Shown one piece after another: positions 47,873-58,053 of a DNA stretch of 64,000 nt. The notes under the pieces are model-generated. The model saw nothing but the letters and a program-made list of their open reading frames with translations, was not told the DNA's origin and made no database searches. A program made the position numbers and the translations under genes. The DNA lies in assembly GCA_903837495.1 (NCBI GenBank), contig CAILUT010000031.1, positions 29,016 to 93,015 on the forward strand, given 5' to 3'. The stretch's first letter is position 1. Each line of letters opens with the position of its first letter. The stretch comes from an uncultured Flavobacteriales bacterium. GTDB lineage: Bacteria; Bacteroidota; Bacteroidia; CAIKAF01.

Positions 47873-48821
47873 ACCTTTTTTTTCAATTGTTATCCCATTT
47901 TACAACCGAGCTGCGACATTAAGCAGAGCTATTGAGTCGGTAAAAGCGCAAACATTTTCAAACTGGGAACTGATATTGGTTGACGACGCTTCTACCGATG
48001 GTTCGCTTTCCATTGCTGCATTGGCGGCCCAAGCCGACCAACGCATTAGGGTGTACACGAATGCGGTCAACCAAGAGCGTTGCCGCAGCAGAAATAGAGG
48101 AATAAAAGAAGCCAAAGGTCAATATATTTGTTTTTTGGACAGCGACGACTACCACCTACCTGAACACTTGAGCTTTTTGTATGATCGCTTGCATAATCTG
48201 GGTTATCCCGAGGCATTTTTATTTACAAAAGCATGGAATGAAAATGCACAGGGGAAAACAGAAGAGAGATTCTGTCCAGATTTTAATGGAATTGATCCAT
48301 ATATGTATTTTATTTTATATACCGTTAATCCTCAAAGGTGGTGTGTGCATGCCCGCATTTTTAAAGAGGTTCAATTTGACTCGGAAATTCCTGTTTGCGA
48401 AGATATGGATACCGCCTTGCGTATTTTGAACCGAGGCACACCCATATTTGAAATGAAAGAAAGAACAACGGTGTACGTAGCCTATCCAGATAGCTTTACT
48501 TGGGGCCACCCCCAAAAGTGGCAAAGAGAGCTGGACGCACTACATTCCATCTTCGCCCGTAGGGAATTTCAATCTAAATTGCCCTTGGACGCTTGCCGAC
48601 TTCGCAAAAGTGCTTGCTACTACCATTTAGCAATAGAAAGCTGGAAGCAAAAAAAGCCTGTTGATTTTTATAAACGAGCGTTTTTGTCTTTTATGCTTTG
48701 TCCAAAGGGGTACAACGGAAAAACAAACAAACCACTTTTGGCTATGGCCCTGTATATTTTTCCGGGTATAGGGCCGGTACTGCAAAAAACAGTGAAACTC
48801 GCAAAGGCCGCTCACGCTTAA
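47865..48821 (+). CDS. Glycosyltransferase family 2
   Basis: FSIVIPFYNR, VDDASTD, SRNRG, FLDSDD. Confidence 0.92.
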   Translation: MLEPFFSIVIPFYNRAATLSRAIESVKAQTFSNWELILVDDASTDGSLSIAALAAQADQRIRVYTNAVNQERCRSRNRGIKEAKGQYICFLDSDDYHLPEHLSFLYDRLHNLGYPEAFLFTKAWNENAQGKTEERFCPDFNGIDPYMYFILYTVNPQRWCVHARIFKEVQFDSEIPVCEDMDTALRILNRGTPIFEMKERTTVYVAYPDSFTWGHPQKWQRELDALHSIFARREFQSKLPLDACRLRKSACYYHLAIESWKQKKPVDFYKRAFLSFMLCPKGYNGKTNKPLLAMALYIFPGIGPVLQKTVKLAKAAHA

Positions 48822-48945
48822 CCAGAGTCCAGCTGCGGCCTTGGTTCATTTTTAAATGAATAGATAAAATTAACAGCCCAATCTAAAAAACAATTAAAAT
48901 CACCCCATCACCTTTAAGCCTTCCAAAAATAAGGCATTTAAATAA

Positions 48946-50226
48946 ATGAAACCGGCATTAAAAATTTCTGATCTATCAAAACAATACAGATTGGGGTCGG
49001 TTGGGGCATCAAGCTTAAAGGATGATGTGATGCAGTTTTGGGCCCGAATCCAAGGTGCACCAAATCCCTTTTTAAATAAGGGCGATCGCAACGACCGAAG
49101 CATTAGAAGCGAGGATGCATATGTTTGGGCTTTAAAAGACATCAACTTAACCGTTAATCCAGGCGAAATTTTGGGCCTGATAGGAAAAAACGGTGCAGGA
49201 AAAAGTACCCTTTTGAAAATTTTAAGCCGAATTACCGCGCCCAGTACAGGTAAAATTGAAGTCAATGGGCGGATGGCATCCTTGCTGGAAGTAGGTACCG
49301 GTTTTCACCCTGAATTAACGGGTCGGGAAAACATTTATTTAAATGGGGCAATTTTAGGCATGCGCAGGTCTGAAATCAACCGAAAGTTGGACGAGATTGT
49401 TGAGTTTTCCGGGGTGGAAAGGTACATTGACACTCCCGTAAAACGCTACAGCAGTGGAATGTATGTTCGTTTGGCTTTCGCCGTGGCAGCCCACTTAGAA
49501 CCCGAAATTTTGGTGGTTGATGAGGTGTTGGCGGTTGGGGATATCGAATTTCAAAAAAAATGCCTCCAAAAAATGGATTCGGTTGCTTCGGCCCAGGGAA
49601 GAACTATTTTGCTGGTAACCCACAACATGCGCGCCCTTACCAGCATTTGCAAAAAGGCAGTTGTACTTGAACAAGGCACGATTCGCTTTGTTGGCTCAGC
49701 TCCTGAAGCCGTTTCAATATATGAAAAATCCAGCATCTCGATACCTCAAAATGCCCTGGCTGAATGTTATGTTGAAGGACTTTTTCGGGTTTTGGATGTT
49801 TCTATTTACAACCTCCCCCAAAAACAAGGCTCTGTAGGTGTCTTGCTCGACAATGCACCCATACAAATTGCTTTGAGGTTCGAACTGCTTGACAGCCGCC
49901 CAGAACAGTTTACCCTGATGTTTCATCTCTTGGATGTCAACTCGAATGCCGTGTTTTCTTTTTCTCCAACCTACTTTGATTCTATGGTGTTTATTCAAGG
50001 CCGGCAAGAACTGAGATGCACAATACCTTCAGAATTTCTAAATTCAGGAACCTACAGTATTCTGCTATTGCTTATGAAAAACGAAACAACCCCTCTATTA
50101 AGAACCGAAAATCTCCTGTATTTTGATTTGATTCCAGGGGGGCGACCTTTTGGTAAAAACGACATCGCCCAGCCAGGCCATGTACGGCCTAAATTCCACT
50201 GGAATTTAATCACCGACTTAATCTAA
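48946..50226 (+). CDS. wzt: ABC polysaccharide exporter ATPase (copy 2, with Wzt_C domain)
   Basis: GKNGAGKST, YSSGMYVRLAF, VVDEVLAVGD. Confidence 0.93.
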   Translation: MKPALKISDLSKQYRLGSVGASSLKDDVMQFWARIQGAPNPFLNKGDRNDRSIRSEDAYVWALKDINLTVNPGEILGLIGKNGAGKSTLLKILSRITAPSTGKIEVNGRMASLLEVGTGFHPELTGRENIYLNGAILGMRRSEINRKLDEIVEFSGVERYIDTPVKRYSSGMYVRLAFAVAAHLEPEILVVDEVLAVGDIEFQKKCLQKMDSVASAQGRTILLVTHNMRALTSICKKAVVLEQGTIRFVGSAPEAVSIYEKSSISIPQNALAECYVEGLFRVLDVSIYNLPQKQGSVGVLLDNAPIQIALRFELLDSRPEQFTLMFHLLDVNSNAVFSFSPTYFDSMVFIQGRQELRCTIPSEFLNSGTYSILLLLMKNETTPLLRTENLLYFDLIPGGRPFGKNDIAQPGHVRPKFHWNLITDLI

Positions 50227-50278
50227 ATTTAGCTAGAATGGAGGTGATTTAATTTCCAGCCAATCTTATCCAAAACCC

Positions 50279-51364
50279 ATGCCCCCCCTCAAGGTTGTTT
50301 TACCTGAACCCCATTTTGTTGATCCCGATGTGTTGGGGTTTGTCAACAAATATCCCTCTTACCAGCTACCCCAACCAAGGATTTCAACCGAGTCAAACGC
50401 GTTCGTTTCCCATTACGGTTTGGTTTCAAAATACGGCTGGTTAAACAGGCACTGCATGCCCAACCTGTTCCCGCCCAACGACATTGCTCAATTTTGGGCC
50501 CTTCAAAAAGAAGTGGCCTTTCAAGAAGCCGTTTGCCGATTCGGCAGCAGCCTTAAAGTGAAAAACCTGGGCCCAGCCCATTCCTACCTGCTTATTCACC
50601 ACAAATGGTTTGGGTATTCTTTTTGGATGACCTGCTACATGCCCCGGCTGCTAAGGGCTATGGATGCGAATCTAAGCCCAGCACCCAAGCTTTTGGTTTC
50701 CAACCGATGGAAAAACTTCGAGTACGTAGCCTCCAGCCTGTCCACCTGTCCCCTTGAATGGGAATGCTTGGATTTGGACGAGCATGCCTTTGTTTCAAGG
50801 TTGATTCTTCCCCATGCCCGAAAGGCCAGCTCCTATCATCACCCGGCCGAAATACAGCGGGTGGTACAGCATTTTTTGTCGGCCTTTGAAATTCAGCCCC
50901 AGTCCCATACCCGTAAAATTTGGATACACCGTTCCGAAAAAAGCCGCAGGGCTCTGTTGAACGAAGATGAGGTGTTGGCTACGGTGCAAAAGGCTGGATT
51001 TGAACCCATCGTTTTTGAGGCCCTAACCTTAAAGCAGCAAATTGAATTGATGCAACAAACCAAGGTCTTGGCTGGATTGCACGGGGCGGGACTAACCAAT
51101 TTGATGTTTTTGCCGGCAAACAGCACTGTTTTGGAATGCCTGCCCGAAGAATTTGCGGCCTATGCACACCCCTTTCCCTTCCGAGCCTTGGCCCATGCAG
51201 TACAGGTAAAGTATGCTCTAACGGGCATGGATCAGCGCCAAAATCAATTCAAGTGGGTTCAGCCCCAAAACGCGAAAACCTTCGTTCGCCTTCAAAAAGT
51301 AAATGCCCCCCGGTGTTTTGACCTTGATAAATTAACCAAAGCCTTGGAATGCTGCGCAAGCTAA
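50279..51364 (+). CDS. Glycosyltransferase family 61 / DUF563
   Basis: YSFWMTCYMPR, RRALLNEDEV, QQIELM...AGLHGAGLTNLMF. Confidence 0.82.
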   Translation: MPPLKVVLPEPHFVDPDVLGFVNKYPSYQLPQPRISTESNAFVSHYGLVSKYGWLNRHCMPNLFPPNDIAQFWALQKEVAFQEAVCRFGSSLKVKNLGPAHSYLLIHHKWFGYSFWMTCYMPRLLRAMDANLSPAPKLLVSNRWKNFEYVASSLSTCPLEWECLDLDEHAFVSRLILPHARKASSYHHPAEIQRVVQHFLSAFEIQPQSHTRKIWIHRSEKSRRALLNEDEVLATVQKAGFEPIVFEALTLKQQIELMQQTKVLAGLHGAGLTNLMFLPANSTVLECLPEEFAAYAHPFPFRALAHAVQVKYALTGMDQRQNQFKWVQPQNAKTFVRLQKVNAPRCFDLDKLTKALECCAS

Positions 51365-52695
51365 ACAAGCCCCTCTGCCTGCCTATGCTGGGTGGTGTAT
51401 GGTTGTTGTTTTCGCATCTGTTGTTTTGGGTCTATGCTCCACTGTTTGACATTACACCCGATTATTTTGATTACTTCAGCGTGGCCGACAGCTGGCTAAA
51501 GGGCCAATTTGGGAATTACCAAGGCGTTTTGATCGACCTTCCCCTAGGCTTGCCCATGCTTCTTTTCCTAAAATCCTTTTTTGGAATTTCTACGCCCGCT
51601 TACATAGGCATACAAAGTATAGCCATGGTCTTGCTTTACCTATGGCTATCTGTTGTTTGGACTCGGAAATGGGGCTGGTACGGAGGCTTCTCGGCCTTGC
51701 TGCTTGCTGCTTACCTTTCAGATGGCTATTCCCTGGCTTTGTTCACCGCGCCCTTGACCGAACCCCCATTTTTCTTGTTGTTGTTGCCGATGCTCAGCTT
51801 GCTGCCTTCGATTTTGAGTTCGACTCCCAAACTCAAACATTCCATGGCTTTTGGAATTTTGCTGATGCTTTTGCCTCTATTCCGGTCCAACGGCATACTG
51901 CTCTGGCCTTGGGCTTTGGGCATTTTAAGCTATTTGTTTTTTGTTAAATCCAAGGCATTTAAACCGTTGCTGGCAACCTTGCTTGCCTCGGGCCTATTCT
52001 TAATGGGCTTAAGTTGGCTTTTGGTTGGCTATCCGAACTACGGAAACACAGGGCGGCTTTTGGCCTTGGTTCAGGGAGCTAAAACCAAATCAATGGTTCA
52101 AGACCAATCCGACCAAAGGCCAACAGTGAGCTTGAATGGGCCAATGTACCTCTATAACCTGGCCTTTGATCGGCCTTCTTTTTACTATACCCTTTTGCCC
52201 GCACGCATTGAAAAGCACTTGGTGAATCAAAAACTGAACTGGTCTGCCTACCGGATGTACGATGATGCCACCTTGGTTCCCGAACGATGGCGCCTTTCCT
52301 TATTAAACGAAATGCAAGAGATAGACAAGAGCCATCAAATCCAAAATCAAGCCAAGCAAGGCAGATTTAGTGCCGAGAAATCCAGCGCCCTTCCTTTGAA
52401 GATATACCATGCAGGCTACGTGCTGCATAGCCTTGTTTTGAACCATGCCCTTTGGCTGGGATTGGCGGCAGCGCTTTTGTTTGCTGCGGCCTTCAAAATG
52501 GGTGGGCCTGCGACCCAAGATGCCTTATTTTTGTGGTTGTTGGCATTGCTGTATTTAATTCTGACCCTGGCTTTGGATTTTAGTTTGTCAATACACCTGC
52601 CCCGCTATGGCTTTCTTCAAGATTTCATTCCTTATTTGATAGTTCCTTTGGGCATTCGCCTGATGTTCAAAAAAACACACCCCCATGCTCCATAA
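51349..52695 (+). CDS. Multi-pass membrane protein, putative GT-C
   Basis: TPD..DY, PLGLP, LTEP, FRSNG, PRY; many TMs. Confidence 0.6.
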   Translation: MLRKLNKPLCLPMLGGVWLLFSHLLFWVYAPLFDITPDYFDYFSVADSWLKGQFGNYQGVLIDLPLGLPMLLFLKSFFGISTPAYIGIQSIAMVLLYLWLSVVWTRKWGWYGGFSALLLAAYLSDGYSLALFTAPLTEPPFFLLLLPMLSLLPSILSSTPKLKHSMAFGILLMLLPLFRSNGILLWPWALGILSYLFFVKSKAFKPLLATLLASGLFLMGLSWLLVGYPNYGNTGRLLALVQGAKTKSMVQDQSDQRPTVSLNGPMYLYNLAFDRPSFYYTLLPARIEKHLVNQKLNWSAYRMYDDATLVPERWRLSLLNEMQEIDKSHQIQNQAKQGRFSAEKSSALPLKIYHAGYVLHSLVLNHALWLGLAAALLFAAAFKMGGPATQDALFLWLLALLYLILTLALDFSLSIHLPRYGFLQDFIPYLIVPLGIRLMFKKTHPHAP

Positions 52696-53782
52696 CAAAA
52701 CCGTAGCCGTCGTCGTACCCTGCTACAACGAAGAAACCCAAATCACCGAGGTACTCGATTCCATGCCCCAATTCGTGGACCGAATTGTCCTGGTGAACGA
52801 TTGCAGCACCGACCGTACCGCCCAAGTCATCTTGGACTACATCGCCAACCAAGCCCCGGCCCCATTTGCCATCAGCAACATTCTAAACACCGTTGTGCCC
52901 AACCGCTACAACCGCGCCAGCCAAGTGGTTCAAAAATTGCAGCAAGAGGAACTGGGCTTATTCTTGCCTTCTAAGGTTGAAAACCAACAACCCGAGCAGG
53001 AGCGCATTATTTTTATTAATCTGTTGCAAAGCGGCGGAGTTGGTGCCGCCATTGCCCGGGGGTACAAATGGGCAAAAGACCACGGCATTGACTGCACCGC
53101 CGTTATGGCCGGCGATGGGCAAATGGATCCCGATGAACTGGAAAGCATTTGCTTGCCCGTGGTTCAAGAGGGCATAGATTATGTAAAGGGAAACCGCCTG
53201 ATTCACCGCAGCGCCCTGCTGGTTATACCCAAAATCAGGTACCTTGGGAATTCCGTACTCTCCATTTTAACCAAAATGGCCAGCGGCTATTGGCATGTTT
53301 CCGACACCCAAACAGGCTACACAGCCCTTTCGAACAAAGGGCTGAATGCCATACGTTTGCATCAGATTTACCCCCGCTACGGCATGCCCAACGACATGCT
53401 GGTTAAGCTCAACATTGCCTTTTGCAGCCTGCGCGAGGTTGAAATCAAGCCCGTGTACGACGTGGGCGAACAAAGCAAAATGAAAATCCTAAAGGTCATT
53501 CCCCGCATTGCCTGGCTCCTGTTCAAAGGCTTTTTCCGCCGGCTTTGGCACAAATACCTGTTTCGGGACTTTCACCCCCTATTTCTGCTCTACCACTTTT
53601 CTTTCTTTCTGGGAATAATCTGGTTGCCCTACTTATACAAAGTAAGTAAGGCGATGTGGCTGGGAACAACCATGAACTTCGAAACCCTGTTCGCCTTTAC
53701 CTTTTTGGGCATCTCGTCCATTCAAAGCTTTTTGTTCGCCATGTGGATGGACATTCAAGACAACGAACGCCTGTACAAATAA
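52685..53782 (+). CDS. GT2 dolichol/polyprenyl-phosphate glycosyltransferase-like
   Basis: VVVPCYNEE, NDCSTD, MAGDGQMDP, YVKGNR, DTQTGY, C-terminal TMs. Confidence 0.9.
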   Translation: MLHNKTVAVVVPCYNEETQITEVLDSMPQFVDRIVLVNDCSTDRTAQVILDYIANQAPAPFAISNILNTVVPNRYNRASQVVQKLQQEELGLFLPSKVENQQPEQERIIFINLLQSGGVGAAIARGYKWAKDHGIDCTAVMAGDGQMDPDELESICLPVVQEGIDYVKGNRLIHRSALLVIPKIRYLGNSVLSILTKMASGYWHVSDTQTGYTALSNKGLNAIRLHQIYPRYGMPNDMLVKLNIAFCSLREVEIKPVYDVGEQSKMKILKVIPRIAWLLFKGFFRRLWHKYLFRDFHPLFLLYHFSFFLGIIWLPYLYKVSKAMWLGTTMNFETLFAFTFLGISSIQSFLFAMWMDIQDNERLYK

Positions 53783-53783
53783 C

Positions 53784-55694
53784 ATGTGCGGAATAACCGG
53801 CATATACCTTAGCGACAGCCAACAATTCAGGCCCGAACTTCTGTCTAGGCTGCTTCAGCTTTCGCAGACCAGGGGCAAAGAGGCCTCGGGCCTGGCCTTG
53901 CGCGACAGCCAAACCCTGCGCTTTGTACGCTGCCCCCGGCCCGCCGAAGAACTGATGCGCACGGATGCCTACAAAAATCTAATTCAGGAGCGGGCCCCGG
54001 GCCCCATGTACCTGATTGCCCATTCCCGCTTGGTAACCAACGGCCACGAAAGCCAAAACCACAACAACCAGCCCGTGCACAGCGCGCCCTGGGTTTTGGT
54101 GCACAACGGCATTGTGGTGAATGCCGCCGAACTCTGGCAACAATGGGGAGCCGCACACAAACAGAGCGAGGTGGACAGCGAAGTGTTGGCAAGGGGTCTC
54201 GCCCTGCTCCCCGCCGAACAGCGCAACAGCCTGTTCAGCAGCATAAAAGGAACCGCTTCGCTGATAGCCTTGAATTCCGAATCCCCGGGCTGGTGGTACG
54301 GAAGCAACAACGGCAGCCTGTATTCCTTGCAAAATCCTGCCGGAACCCTGCAGGTGCTGGCTTCGGAACAACCCATGCTGCAGCAAATCCAAACCGAATT
54401 TTCCGACCTTTTCCCCTCGAGTTCCCGCCTGCATGCTCCCCAACTGAGCCAGGGCGAAGAACGGTGGGAGCAAGGAGGGGCAGTGCCCGTGCAGGAAGTA
54501 ACCTCGGGACTTTCGGCGCCCATTCAAGCCCCAACCATGCATGGTGCATCGGGTTTGGAGCGCTTTCAGGCCCTTGCAAAGGAAACCCAAGAAAGGGTGG
54601 ACAGCCTGCGGCGGTGCAGCCGCTGCATTTTGCCTGAAACCTTTCCTTACATAGAGTTCGATGCCCAAGGAGTCTGCAACCAGTGCCGCAACCACCAACC
54701 GTTGCAGCCCAAGGGGACTGCCGCATTGCAGGCAGAGGTCCAGCGTTTGGCCCGGCCTGCAGGCCAGAGACCCCAATGTTTGGTTCCCTTTAGCGGCGGG
54801 CGCGACAGCAGTTTTGCCCTGCATTATTTGGTGCATGAGTTGGGCTTAAAGCCCTTGGCCTTCAGCTACGACTGGGGATTGCTCACCGATTTGGCCCGAC
54901 GCAACCAAGCGCGCATGTGCGGAGCCTTGGGAGTAGAGCATATACTAATTTCGGCCGACATCCGCGCCAAGCGGGCCAACGTACGCCGGAACGTCAGTGC
55001 CTGGCTTCGCCGACCCAGGTTGGGCACCATTCCCTTGTTCATGGCCGGCGACAAACAGTACTTTTTCCATGCCGCAAAGCTCATGAAGGCGTATGGCTTG
55101 GATTTGTCGGTAATGGGTGAAAACCTGTTGGAAACCACCCGATTTAAAACCGCTTTTTGCGGCATACCTCCTCGGTTTAATCAGACAAAAACCTACCAAC
55201 TAACGGTGGCCGATAAAGGCAAAATGCTGATGTACTATGGCAAGGAATACCTGCTGAACCCTGCCTATATTAATGCTTCGCTCATCGACACCCTGGGCGC
55301 TTTTGGCTCCTACTATGCGCTGCCGCACCGCAATCTGAATTTGTTCGACTACCTGCCTTGGCAAGAGCAGCCCTTAGAGCAGCTCTTGTTGGGGCAATAC
55401 GACTGGGAAACCGATCCAGAAACGCCCACCACCTGGCGCATTGGCGACGGCACGGCCGCCTTTTACAACTACATCTACTGGTCGGTGGCCGGCTTTACCG
55501 AAAACGACACCTTCCGCAGCAATCAGCTGCGCGAAGGGCAAATAACGCGGGCCGAGGCCCTCAGCAAGGCCCGGGCCGAGAACCAACCCCGCTGGGGCGG
55601 ATTGCAGTGGTATTGTTCCACCATTGGCCTCGACGTGCAAGGCGTACTCAGCCGCATAGCCAGCATGCCCAGCCTAATGCCCATAGCAAAATGA
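53784..55694 (+). CDS. Fused class II glutaminase plus N-acetyl-sugar amidotransferase (WbuX/WbpG-like)
   Basis: MCGITG, HSRL.TNG, HNGI..N, DSE; then CSRC..P....FD..GVCNQC and PP-loop SGGRDSS. Confidence 0.82.
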   Translation: MCGITGIYLSDSQQFRPELLSRLLQLSQTRGKEASGLALRDSQTLRFVRCPRPAEELMRTDAYKNLIQERAPGPMYLIAHSRLVTNGHESQNHNNQPVHSAPWVLVHNGIVVNAAELWQQWGAAHKQSEVDSEVLARGLALLPAEQRNSLFSSIKGTASLIALNSESPGWWYGSNNGSLYSLQNPAGTLQVLASEQPMLQQIQTEFSDLFPSSSRLHAPQLSQGEERWEQGGAVPVQEVTSGLSAPIQAPTMHGASGLERFQALAKETQERVDSLRRCSRCILPETFPYIEFDAQGVCNQCRNHQPLQPKGTAALQAEVQRLARPAGQRPQCLVPFSGGRDSSFALHYLVHELGLKPLAFSYDWGLLTDLARRNQARMCGALGVEHILISADIRAKRANVRRNVSAWLRRPRLGTIPLFMAGDKQYFFHAAKLMKAYGLDLSVMGENLLETTRFKTAFCGIPPRFNQTKTYQLTVADKGKMLMYYGKEYLLNPAYINASLIDTLGAFGSYYALPHRNLNLFDYLPWQEQPLEQLLLGQYDWETDPETPTTWRIGDGTAAFYNYIYWSVAGFTENDTFRSNQLREGQITRAEALSKARAENQPRWGGLQWYCSTIGLDVQGVLSRIASMPSLMPIAK

Positions 55695-55722
55695 GAAAGG
55701 CGTTTATTTGCAATCCTGAATA

Positions 55723-55880
55723 TTTGGGCGCCAATTCCGGCCCTTACTGCTACTCCGCGCTGCGGCATGCCGCTGGGCAGCCCGGCAGCGGTGGTTCCGC
55801 AAAGCTCCACCCCGCCACCGGGGCCCAGCCGCATCCCGCCGCTTGCGGGGTATCCGTGCGGTCCGGGGCGCAGGGCGCTC
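55723..55880 (-). ncRNA. Structured hairpin element copy 3 (divergent member)
   Basis: Minus strand reads GAGCGCCC...CCCCGCAA...[GCTGGGC/GCCCAGC, CCCGG/CCGGG stems]...GCGGA...GGCGCCCAAA. Confidence 0.55.
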
Positions 55881-55917
55881 ATGTTAGAGAAGCTAATCAA
55901 AGAAAAAACATTAATTC

Positions 55918-57123
55918 ATGAACAAACGAAACATACTTGTTTTGTCTTCTTCTTATCCAAAATTCTCAGGGGATGTGAATGGGGTATTCATCCATAGCTT
56001 TTGTAAAAGCTTAACCAGTAAGTTTAATATTTTTGTCATAGCGCCTTGGGAAAATGGAATTGCAGAAGAAGAGAATTTAGATGGTGTTCATATCATCAGG
56101 CACAAACAATTTCTTTGGAATGTAAACTTTGCCTACGGGATCGGTATAGAGGATAAATTAAAGCAAAACAGACTCCTTTATTTTGTAGTTCCTTTCTTTT
56201 TTTTCTTCCAGATGTTGGAGGTTAGACGAGTGATGCGAGAATATGACATTAGCCTTATTCATGCCCATTGGTTAATTCCCTCGGCTCTTGTTGCAGTTTT
56301 TTATAAAATATTGTTTAAGAGAAAAATACGGATTATAAGCACGGTTCTTGGTTCGGATGTTTGGAGTTTTAATAAAGGATTAAGGAAGAAAATCCTTGGG
56401 TTTGCCTTCGACAAAATCGATGTAATCACGGCACAAAGTGCACCTTTACTTGAGGAGATAATCCACTTGGGTTATAAGGGCATTTCTTATCTACTTCCCT
56501 TGGGCATTGATACCGAAAAATTTAAGCCCAATCATCTGAATAATGATGTTCGAAAAAAACATCAAATCAAAGGGTTTTTTTTACTGTTTGTCGGAAGCAT
56601 AATTGAGGGGAAAGGTGTAATAACACTGGTGGAATCAATGGCATTGCTTAAAAAAAGAAATGACAATTTTAAACTTTTAATTGTTGGCGCGGGCAATCTA
56701 GAGCATCGATTGCAACTAATGATTAATCAAAATGGCTTAGAAAACCATGTTGAGATGACTGGGCCTATTCCAAATGAAGAACTTCCGCCTTTCTTTTCTG
56801 GTGCAGATATTTTTGTTCTACCAAGTTTTTCAGAAGGTTTTCCACTTGTGGTAATGGAAGCGATTAGTTCTGGAACGGTGCCCGTTGTTTCTGATTTGTC
56901 CGTTTTCGCTGATAATGAAAATCGAGATGTCTTATTTAACCTTGTTAAGGCTGGGAATGCAGAAAATATAGCAGAAGTATTGTTTAAATTAATGGATAAT
57001 CCTGAACAAGTTAAAAAAAGGAAGGATAGTTTGCGAAAATTCGCAGTCGAAAACTATGAAATTACAATTATTGCTGAAAGATATGCTATAGTGTATGAAG
57101 ATTTGTTGGAACATTTAACTTGA
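55918..57123 (+). CDS. Glycosyltransferase family 4 (AT-rich)
   Basis: SSSYPK, HAHWLIP, FVGS...KG, PSFSEGFPLVVMEA. Confidence 0.9.
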   Translation: MNKRNILVLSSSYPKFSGDVNGVFIHSFCKSLTSKFNIFVIAPWENGIAEEENLDGVHIIRHKQFLWNVNFAYGIGIEDKLKQNRLLYFVVPFFFFFQMLEVRRVMREYDISLIHAHWLIPSALVAVFYKILFKRKIRIISTVLGSDVWSFNKGLRKKILGFAFDKIDVITAQSAPLLEEIIHLGYKGISYLLPLGIDTEKFKPNHLNNDVRKKHQIKGFFLLFVGSIIEGKGVITLVESMALLKKRNDNFKLLIVGAGNLEHRLQLMINQNGLENHVEMTGPIPNEELPPFFSGADIFVLPSFSEGFPLVVMEAISSGTVPVVSDLSVFADNENRDVLFNLVKAGNAENIAEVLFKLMDNPEQVKKRKDSLRKFAVENYEITIIAERYAIVYEDLLEHLT

Positions 57124-57301
57124 TACTCAAATTCAAGTAGATTGATTGAAATCAAAAAATAGACTTAAATAAATTATAATTACTTATTACCACATTTTAA
57201 AAATTGCAAAATCATTTTTGACAGCTTAATCACCTAAAAATTCTAAATATTGTATTAGCTTAAAATCAATTCAATCAGTTGATTTCAAAAATTTTACTAG
57301 C

Positions 57302-57877
57302 ATGATACGCGAAAAACTAATTAGAGATATGATAATTGGCAAAGAGGTTTTAGACCTTGGAAGCTTGGGCCAGACAAACTCCTATTCTCTTTGGAATGAT
57401 GTATATAAAAACAGTGGATACAAGAGCCTTAAGGGCATTGATTTGGAGGACGCTAGTCAAACAGCTCTTTCCCACTTTAACGTAAAACCAAGCAAATTAC
57501 CCTCTGATAGTCGAATTGTTTATGGTAATTTTGAGACGTATCAATTTGGGAAACAATTTGATGTAATTGTTGCGGGAAATTTGATTGAACATGTAAACAA
57601 TCAAGGGCTACTGCTCCAAAATGTTCATCGACACTTAAAAACGGACGGAGTATTTATTTTAACTACTCCGAATTCAAAATGGTTGACAGGTTTCCTGAAA
57701 CCCAATCCGACTCATGTCCTTTGGCATGACGAATTTACTTTAAGGCGGGTGCTGAACATAAATGAATTTGAAATAGAAAAGCTAATTTATTATTTTGGTA
57801 ATAAAAAGAATTACAATTATTTTCTACGAATTCTAGCTTTGAGACAATCTATATTTGTAATCTGCAAAAAGAAATAA
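57302..57877 (+). CDS. Class I SAM-dependent methyltransferase (AT-rich)
   Basis: VLDLGS, GIDL, FDVIVAGNLIEHV, LTTPN. Confidence 0.88.
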   Translation: MIREKLIRDMIIGKEVLDLGSLGQTNSYSLWNDVYKNSGYKSLKGIDLEDASQTALSHFNVKPSKLPSDSRIVYGNFETYQFGKQFDVIVAGNLIEHVNNQGLLLQNVHRHLKTDGVFILTTPNSKWLTGFLKPNPTHVLWHDEFTLRRVLNINEFEIEKLIYYFGNKKNYNYFLRILALRQSIFVICKKK

Positions 57878-58053
57878 AATTTTATTGAAGCCGTCTCCCT
57901 TAATCTAATTTTAATGAATTAAAATTTGGTTTGCATTTAAAAATGTTTGAATACCCACAATGGAAAATTGTGGCGTAAGTTTTTCAAATTACTTAAGTAG
58001 CGATTCTTGTAATGATGAATAGCTAAAATCACCCACAGCCGAGCTTGAAAAAA

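Noticed and set aside
53979-54836. 285-aa antisense ORF and other shadow ORFs
   Set aside because: Lie opposite or within well-supported genes and carry no recognisable motifs
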